A stretch of DNA of 64,000 bases, from NCBI GenBank assembly GCA_040218735.1, contig JAVJQW010000057.1, positions 160,001 through 224,000 of the forward strand. Reading direction: 5' to 3'. Shown here in pieces: positions 58,133 through 64,000 of the stretch (the stretch's first letter is position 1; each line of letters starts with the position of its first letter). The translations under genes and the position numbers were made by a program. The notes beneath the pieces were generated by a model. That model did not search any database and had not been told where the DNA came from. It saw nothing but the letters and a program-made list of their open reading frames with translations. This DNA comes from Deltaproteobacteria bacterium. Its GTDB lineage: Bacteria > Myxococcota > Kuafuiibacteriia > Kuafuiibacteriales > Kuafuiibacteriaceae.

Positions 58133-59476
58133 TCACGGGTCGTCCTGCCCCTCGGCGACCGCCAAAGCTCCCCCCTCGGCGAGCGCCAGCCCTCCGGCCT
58201 CCGCGCCGTCGATGACCGACAACCGCCCCGCCTCCCCGCGCGCCCGTAGCTGGATCGCGGCGATGGCCTGGTCCGCCGCCGCGGCGACTTCGCGATCGCG
58301 GAGGACACCGCGCGTGAGCTCCCGGAGCGCCTCCACGGCTTCGACCGTACCGATCACACGTAGCGCCCGACAGGCCGCGACCTTGTCCGCGGGGGAGAAC
58401 GCGGCGAGGCGCGAGACGATGGCCGAGGTCACGCTCCCATCGCCGATCGTGACGAGAGCACGTAGGACGGTCTCCGCGGGGACCAGCGACGATGCGTCGA
58501 GCGCAGCGACGATCTCCGTCGCCGGGACGGCGGCCCGGTGCGCGCGAACGATGTCGAGCGCTTCCTTCTTGGCAGCGGCGTGAGGGCTCGACCGCAAGAC
58601 AGCTTGCAACAGCTCGGCGAGCTCCGCTCCGTTCGCCCCTGTCGCGTACGACTTCAAGGCGTCCGCAGCGACATCCTCCGGGACCTCGGACGACACCGCG
58701 AGCGCCCGCAGCTCATCTCGGCCCTCGTCCTCGAGGGTCGTCGCAGCGACGCGTCGAACTCGAGGATCCGTGTCGCGCAGCGCGCGACGACACAGCGCGA
58801 GCAACGCATCGGAGCCCGGCCGCTCCGCGCTTGCGCAGTTCAGGTTCTCGGCCCGAACCGCGGCGAGCGGATCGCCGAGCGCGTTGAGCATGAGCCGGTC
58901 GAAGATCTCCTCGTGGGGGACGGCGAGGCGCTCTGCGAGCTCGACCAACTCATCGAGCCGCCGGACGATCGTGTCGGCGTCGTCATGGTCCGCGTCGTCC
59001 CGGACCGCCACGAGCGCACCCGCCGCGACGATCAGTGAGACGTCATGGAGTCGAGCGGTCAGCGCGCGGCGCGTGGACGCGCCGAGCATCGCGAGCGCTT
59101 CGGCGCGATGCCCCGACACAGTGAAGTGCCGGTCGAAGTCCGCGTCCATCGTCGCGAGCACCTTCGCCGTGCTCTGCCGGGGCAAACCGTCGGACGAGCC
59201 GAGGAGCACGTCGGTGGGGATCTGGTCGGGAGCGTACAGACGGTGATGGAGGCGGTAGGTCGTGTGATCGTCCGCCGTCTTCTTGTCGACGCGGAGGTCG
59301 ACGTCGAATCCGCGGTAGCGGCCGCGCGCGCTCCCTCGATCTTGTTCGACGAGCGTCAGCCCGAGCCTCTTCGAGACCTCGCGCATCGTCTCGTGGAACC
59401 GGTTCCGTCGGGCGACCGTGACGAAGTAGGCGACGGCGAGGCCGGCGGCGACCGCAATCCACCCGAACGGCTCCAC
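58133..59476 (-). CDS. Membrane-anchored HEAT-repeat protein
   Basis: N-terminal TM; D.L.AVR, D.DPRVRR.AA, AACRAL..IG...AV.AL repeats; C-terminal GRLS..GGLA motif. Confidence 0.75.
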   Translation of the reverse strand: MEPFGWIAVAAGLAVAYFVTVARRNRFHETMREVSKRLGLTLVEQDRGSARGRYRGFDVDLRVDKKTADDHTTYRLHHRLYAPDQIPTDVLLGSSDGLPRQSTAKVLATMDADFDRHFTVSGHRAEALAMLGASTRRALTARLHDVSLIVAAGALVAVRDDADHDDADTIVRRLDELVELAERLAVPHEEIFDRLMLNALGDPLAAVRAENLNCASAERPGSDALLALCRRALRDTDPRVRRVAATTLEDEGRDELRALAVSSEVPEDVAADALKSYATGANGAELAELLQAVLRSSPHAAAKKEALDIVRAHRAAVPATEIVAALDASSLVPAETVLRALVTIGDGSVTSAIVSRLAAFSPADKVAACRALRVIGTVEAVEALRELTRGVLRDREVAAAADQAIAAIQLRARGEAGRLSVIDGAEAGGLALAEGGALAVAEGQDDP

Positions 59477-59497
59477 GACGCCGATTGTGGAGACGAA

Positions 59498-60061
59498 TCA
59501 GCTCGCGTCCAAGCCGATCGTGAACGACGCACCGAACGTCAGCTCGAAGTGATTGACGAGCCCCACCTGGGAGAACGCGAGCACGTGCCGCGCGTCGGCG
59601 CGGAGCGTGACGCCCTGCATCGCCATCGTCTTCACCCCCGCACCGTAGTGCATCGCGGGGTGGTGGTCGGCGCCCATGAACGACTCACGCCCGGTGAGGC
59701 CCATGAGCCCGCCGCCCGCGACGACGAACGGCGTGAACTCCGCGGGGTAGAGCGCGATGACGTGGGCGCGCGCGGAGTAGAGCTCCCCGCGGGCGTCGCC
59801 GTGCGCGAGCTGGACGTGACCCGCCTCCGCCTCGACGCCGATGAACGCGAAGGGCCGGTAGCCGATGCGCAACGACAGGTCGAGGCCGGCGCCCCCGAGC
59901 ATCTGTGTCTGACCGTCGTAGCTGAGGCCCGTGTTGTGCCCCGCCATGAACAGCCCCGCGGCGACGCCGAGCTCCAGAGCGTGGTCCGGAACCGGCGACA
60001 CGTTGGCCGGCTCAGCGGCGGGAACGAGGTGGAGCAGTGCAACGAAGGCGATCGAGCTCAT
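59498..60061 (-). CDS. Outer membrane beta-barrel protein (OmpA-like TM domain)
   Basis: Signal peptide; alternating strands RIGY..GVEAE, TPFVVAGGG, HYGAGVK, LRADAR, ELTFGASF. Confidence 0.78.
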   Translation of the reverse strand: MSSIAFVALLHLVPAAEPANVSPVPDHALELGVAAGLFMAGHNTGLSYDGQTQMLGGAGLDLSLRIGYRPFAFIGVEAEAGHVQLAHGDARGELYSARAHVIALYPAEFTPFVVAGGGLMGLTGRESFMGADHHPAMHYGAGVKTMAMQGVTLRADARHVLAFSQVGLVNHFELTFGASFTIGLDAS

Positions 60062-60140
60062 GACAACCGGTTAGGTCGTCACTCCCGATCGGTTCTTTGA
60101 ACTCGATGAAAGGTGTGTATCGGCGTGGTCCGCGCGTGTG

Positions 60141-61550
60141 TCAGGCGGAGCCGAGCAGGTGCGCCGCAAGTGTCTCGCGATCGATCATTCGGTCGGTGAC
60201 GTCGGGCTCGGCGCGCGACCAGACGTTCACCTGCGCGTCGCCGCGCCCGCGCAGCGTCACGACGAACGAAAAGCCCGCCTCCTCGGCGCGCTTCCTCACC
60301 TTGCCGATCTTCTTCTCCGCCTTCGGCTGCAGATCCACCGAGCACCCGGCCTCGCGCAGGGCGTAGGCGAGCTGGAGCGTGTCGTCGAGCGCGTCGCGGT
60401 CCGGCGTGACGAGGAGGACGTGCCGCCGCGTGAGATCCGCCGGGAACATGTCTCGCTGCTCCATCACCACGAGGATGCGCTCGAGGCCGATCGAGAAGCC
60501 GCACGCCGGGACCTCGCGACCGAGGAACATGCCGACGAGGCCGTCGTAGCGACCGCCACCGCCGAGCGAGCCGGCGAGATCCTCCACCGCGATCTCGAAG
60601 ATGCAGCCGGTGTAGTAGCCGAGGCCACGCGCGAGCGTCGGGTCGAACGCGAGGTAGCCGGAGGCGGGTGTCCGACCCGAGAGGCGGAGCACCTCGTCGA
60701 TCTCGTCGAGCGCGGCGATCGCGGTCTCGTTGCCTTCGAGCGCAGCCCGCAGCGCGTCGCGATCGTCGCCCGCGAGGACGAGCTTCATCAGCGCGTCGGC
60801 CTGCGCGTCCGTCATCCCGCGCGTCGCGAGCTCCTTGCGGACGCCGTCTTCACCGACCTTGTCGAGTTTGTCGATCGCGACGATCGCGTCCGACTCCTTC
60901 TCGAGATCGATCCCCGCGTGCTGCACGAACGCGCGCAACAGGCCGCGGTGGTTCAACCGAATCTTGAACTGTTCGAACCCGAGCCGCACGAGACACGCCG
61001 CGACCGCGCCGGTGACCTCGGCTTCCACGAGCATCGACCGCACGCCGCACACGTCGACGTCGCATTGGTAGAACTCGCGGAAGCGCCCCTTGCCGGGGGT
61101 GTCGGCGCGCCACACCGGCTGGATCTGGTAGCGCTTGAACGGCACCGGCAGGCGGCCGTCGTACTCCGCGACCACACGCGCGAGCGGCACGGTGAGGTCG
61201 TAGCGCAGGCCCATGTCCGCGAGCATCCCCTCGGCGCCGGGCGCGGTCTCACCGCTGCGTCCCACGACGAGGTTCTTCGCGTCGGCGACGAACGTACCCG
61301 CCTCGCGGACGCCTTCGACCATCGCCTGGCCGCGGCGGAGGATCTTGAAGACGAGCTGATCGCCTTCCTCACCGTACTTACCGAGCAGTGTCTCGAGGCG
61401 TTCGAACGTCGGGGTCTCGAGCGGCGCGAAGCCGTGCGCCTCGTAGATCTCGCGGATGATGTTCGTGACGTACGCGCGCCGAGCGAGATCGTCCGGGAGG
61501 AAGTCTCTCGTCCCGCGCGCGGGCTTCGTGACCGCGTTTTTCTTGGCCAT
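60141..61550 (-). CDS. hisS: Histidine--tRNA ligase
   Basis: RGTRDFLP, LRYDLTVPLAR, WRAD.P..GRFREFYQCD.D, LARGLGYYTG, GGGRYD, GFSIGLERI. Confidence 0.97.
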   Translation of the reverse strand: MAKKNAVTKPARGTRDFLPDDLARRAYVTNIIREIYEAHGFAPLETPTFERLETLLGKYGEEGDQLVFKILRRGQAMVEGVREAGTFVADAKNLVVGRSGETAPGAEGMLADMGLRYDLTVPLARVVAEYDGRLPVPFKRYQIQPVWRADTPGKGRFREFYQCDVDVCGVRSMLVEAEVTGAVAACLVRLGFEQFKIRLNHRGLLRAFVQHAGIDLEKESDAIVAIDKLDKVGEDGVRKELATRGMTDAQADALMKLVLAGDDRDALRAALEGNETAIAALDEIDEVLRLSGRTPASGYLAFDPTLARGLGYYTGCIFEIAVEDLAGSLGGGGRYDGLVGMFLGREVPACGFSIGLERILVVMEQRDMFPADLTRRHVLLVTPDRDALDDTLQLAYALREAGCSVDLQPKAEKKIGKVRKRAEEAGFSFVVTLRGRGDAQVNVWSRAEPDVTDRMIDRETLAAHLLGSA

Positions 61551-61553
61551 GGC

Positions 61554-62660
61554 TTACTGGATGATACGCAGCCCCGCCGACTTCTTCTGCGGCGTCGACG
61601 CGGCCTGCTTCGCGAGCATCGTCGCGAGCTTCGAGGCGACGGTGAAGAACACCTGCGACGCCTGGCTGTTCGGGTTCGCGAGCACCTCGGGCCGGCCCGT
61701 GTCGCCCGACTCACGCGTGCTGATCTCCAGCGGAACCTCGCCGAGCAGCGGCACGTCGAGATCCTTCGCGAGCTGCGCGGCGCCGCCCTTGTTGAAGATG
61801 TGGTGCACCGCGCCGCAGCTCGTGCACTCGAAGTGCGACATGTTCTCGACGACGCCGAGGGTGGGGATGTCGACGCGATCGAACATCGCCTTGCCGCGGG
61901 TCACGTCGGCGAGCGCCACGTTCTGCGGCGTCGACACCAGCACCGCGCCGGACACCTTCACGTTCTGCGCGATGGTGAGCTGCACATCGCCGGTGCCGGG
62001 CGGGAGGTCGAGCACGAGGTAGTCGAGGTCGCCCCACTCCACGTCGCGCATGAACTGGATGAGCGCGCCGTTGAGCATCGGGCCGCGCCAGGTCATCGCC
62101 TCCTTGGGATCGACGATGAAGCCGATCGACATCAGCTTGAGCCCGTGCCGGGGCAGCGGGATGAGCTTCTTGCCGGAGACCTCCGGGCGCTCGTGGGTGC
62201 CGAGCATCGTGGGGATCGACGGGCCGTAGATGTCGGCGTCGAGGAGGCCCACGTTGGCGCCGAGGTTCGCGAGCGCGGCGGCGACGTTCGTTGCGACGGT
62301 GCTCTTGCCGACGCCGCCCTTGCCGGACGCAAACAGCACGATGTTGCGCGCGCCGGGGACGAGGTTGTTGCCCGCGGCCGTCGCGCGCGCTGCGCGGACG
62401 TTGCTGCCCCACGCGATCTCGATCTTGCGCTCGCCGGCGAGCTCACCGACCGCGCTGTTGATCTCCTGCTCGAGGAGCGACTTGGGGCCCCACGCCGGCG
62501 TCGGCAGCTCGATGCCGATGCGCACGCGCTTGGCCTCGACCTTCACGTCCTTGACCATGCCGGCCTCGACGAGGCCCTTCTCCAGCTCGGGGTCGACGAC
62601 CTTCTCGAGCCGCTCCGTCACGGCTTCTGGGGTGAGCCCATCCTTGTTTCGGCCAAACAC
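61554..62660 (-). CDS. apbC: Mrp/NBP35 (ApbC) Fe-S cluster carrier ATPase
   Basis: N-terminal V.DPEL domain, SGKGGVGKST, DADIYGPS, WRGPM, DLPPGTGD, ENMS.F.C..C. Start set to GTG 62660. Confidence 0.93.
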   Translation of the reverse strand: MFGRNKDGLTPEAVTERLEKVVDPELEKGLVEAGMVKDVKVEAKRVRIGIELPTPAWGPKSLLEQEINSAVGELAGERKIEIAWGSNVRAARATAAGNNLVPGARNIVLFASGKGGVGKSTVATNVAAALANLGANVGLLDADIYGPSIPTMLGTHERPEVSGKKLIPLPRHGLKLMSIGFIVDPKEAMTWRGPMLNGALIQFMRDVEWGDLDYLVLDLPPGTGDVQLTIAQNVKVSGAVLVSTPQNVALADVTRGKAMFDRVDIPTLGVVENMSHFECTSCGAVHHIFNKGGAAQLAKDLDVPLLGEVPLEISTRESGDTGRPEVLANPNSQASQVFFTVASKLATMLAKQAASTPQKKSAGLRIIQ

Positions 62661-62824
62661 TGCGGATGTGCGTTTGCCTGCGTCGCCGGTCGCTGCCAAG
62701 GGCTTTTTGGGGCGGGGGGAGCCCGGACGAAGGGCGCGAGATCGCCGGGTATGTCCAGCATGTAGGACGCGAGGGCGCGCACAAAAGACAAAACCGAGGC
62801 CCTCGCACGTCTGTATCACGTGAG

Positions 62825-63376
62825 ATGAAGACGCGAGCGTCCCTCTGCCTCACCCTCTTCGCCGCCGGTGCGGTCGCCTGCATGGGCCCCGTCCCGACGT
62901 CCGACCTGGCCGAGCCGACCTTTCACGAGGCGCGCTTCGAGCAGGTCCGGCTGACGTTGGCGACGAAGGCCGCGCCGGTCGAAGCCCCCGTGGTGAAGAC
63001 CGCGAAGGCGGCGCCCAAGAAGAAGGCGCGCCCGGCGCCGGCGCCCATCGAGGAGGTCATCGACCTCGCCCTCGAGGAGGCGGCCGACGACGAGCTCCTC
63101 CCGTGGCTCCTCTCCGACGCGAGCTTCAACGCGACGATCGGCGACTGGAGCGGCGTCCGCACCTGCGTCGTCAGCAAACGCGCGACGACCGGCGGCGCCT
63201 TTGCGCTGGAGATGTCGATCGACAGCGACGGCAAGGTGAAGCGCACGCGCGTCGTCGAGGCGAACGCCAAGGCCAGCTCGGTGGCGCCGTGTGTGGCGGC
63301 CAAGGCCAAGCGCCTCGACTTCGAAAAGTACGCGAGCAACGAGACGACCACGCGCGTCGCGAAGTTCGTCTTCTGA
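62825..63376 (+). CDS. Lipoprotein with C-terminal AgmX/PglI (TonB-C-like) domain
   Basis: Lipobox AVAC; VRTC...G...LEMSIDSDGKV....V.......VAPCV......LDF; terminal FVF. Confidence 0.7.
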   Translation: MKTRASLCLTLFAAGAVACMGPVPTSDLAEPTFHEARFEQVRLTLATKAAPVEAPVVKTAKAAPKKKARPAPAPIEEVIDLALEEAADDELLPWLLSDASFNATIGDWSGVRTCVVSKRATTGGAFALEMSIDSDGKVKRTRVVEANAKASSVAPCVAAKAKRLDFEKYASNETTTRVAKFVF

Positions 63377-63414
63377 ATTGCCTTGCCCCCTACCTTTCAT
63401 AGTAACGAGGGGCG

Positions 63415-64000
63415 ATGACCTCGCCCCTCGCTCGCTTCGAAGCGCACCTCGCCGAATCCGCGCGCGCCGCGCTCGGCCTCGACGCCGAAGACCTGCCGCT
63501 GCTGACCAAGCAGGTCCGCGAAGCCGAGGGCGACCGCGGTGACCTCGCGCTCGGCTGCTTCGCGGTGGCGAAGAAGCTCAAAGAAGCGCCCCCGCAAATC
63601 GCAAGTAGAGTTGCGGCGGCCATCGTCGACGACGAACACTGGGCGTCGGTCGAAGCGGTCGGCCCCTACGTCAACGTGACCTACGCGCCGGCGCTCTTCG
63701 CCGAGGCCGTGGTGCCCGTCGCGCGGCAGGATGTCTACGGCACCGGCGACGAGGGCGCCGACAAGAACGTCGTCATCGACTTCTCCTCCCCGAACATCGC
63801 GAAGCCCCTCGCCTACCACCACCTGCGCTCCACGGTGATCGGCGCGGCGATCGGCCGGCTGCACGCCGCGCGCGGCTGGAACGTCGTGGGCATCAACTAC
63901 CTCGGCGACTGGGGCAAGCAGTTCGGGCTCCTCGCGACCGGGTTCGACCGCAACGGAGACCCGGCGCGGCGCGCGGACGCGAAGCACCTCGTCGACGTCT
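63415..64000 (+). CDS. argS: Arginine--tRNA ligase, 3'-truncated by the window edge
   Basis: Translated from ATG 63415: GDLALGCF..AK, GPYVN, DFSSPNIAKPLAYHHLRSTVIG, NYLGDWGKQFG. Not in the ORF track because it lacks a stop in the window. Confidence 0.93.
   Translation, partial: MTSPLARFEAHLAESARAALGLDAEDLPLLTKQVREAEGDRGDLALGCFAVAKKLKEAPPQIASRVAAAIVDDEHWASVEAVGPYVNVTYAPALFAEAVVPVARQDVYGTGDEGADKNVVIDFSSPNIAKPLAYHHLRSTVIGAAIGRLHAARGWNVVGINYLGDWGKQFGLLATGFDRNGDPARRADAKHLVDV

Overview
This is a very GC-rich, densely coding bacterial chromosome segment. Its gene content points to Myxococcota or a related 'deltaproteobacterial' lineage (inference from DGG-repeat secreted proteins, PEGA, Hanks-type kinase, AgmX/PglI-type domains and an ArgRS with a modified HIGH motif). 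About 48 CDS are supported. Housekeeping genes (ahcY, valS, greB, recQ, ruvX, hisS, apbC/mrp, argS) are mixed with envelope and secreted proteins. I saw no rRNA, tRNA, CRISPR array, transposase or integrase. The most notable items are: (1) an orphan tubulin/FtsZ-superfamily GTPase with a tubulin/CetZ-type GQAGGN loop, fused through a charged linker to C-terminal HEAT-like repeats; (2) an alpha-2-macroglobulin-like system split into two separately anchored genes at the bait region, with no thioester motif and with TonB-C/AgmX-like inserts; (3) two paralogous giant (about 1350 and 1540 aa) helical-repeat lipoproteins, one coupled to a kinase-pseudokinase; (4) a small secreted protein resembling the plant XLG/EDR4 'GxYWYD..G..G / VxINGRE' module; (5) a KfoC/PmHAS-like glycosyltransferase with a decayed second domain; (6) a recurring TANNNT box 5-12 nt before start codons, suggesting frequent leaderless or near-leaderless transcription. 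All family assignments come from motif recognition by eye, not database searches. Several start codons were moved from the supplied ORF track.
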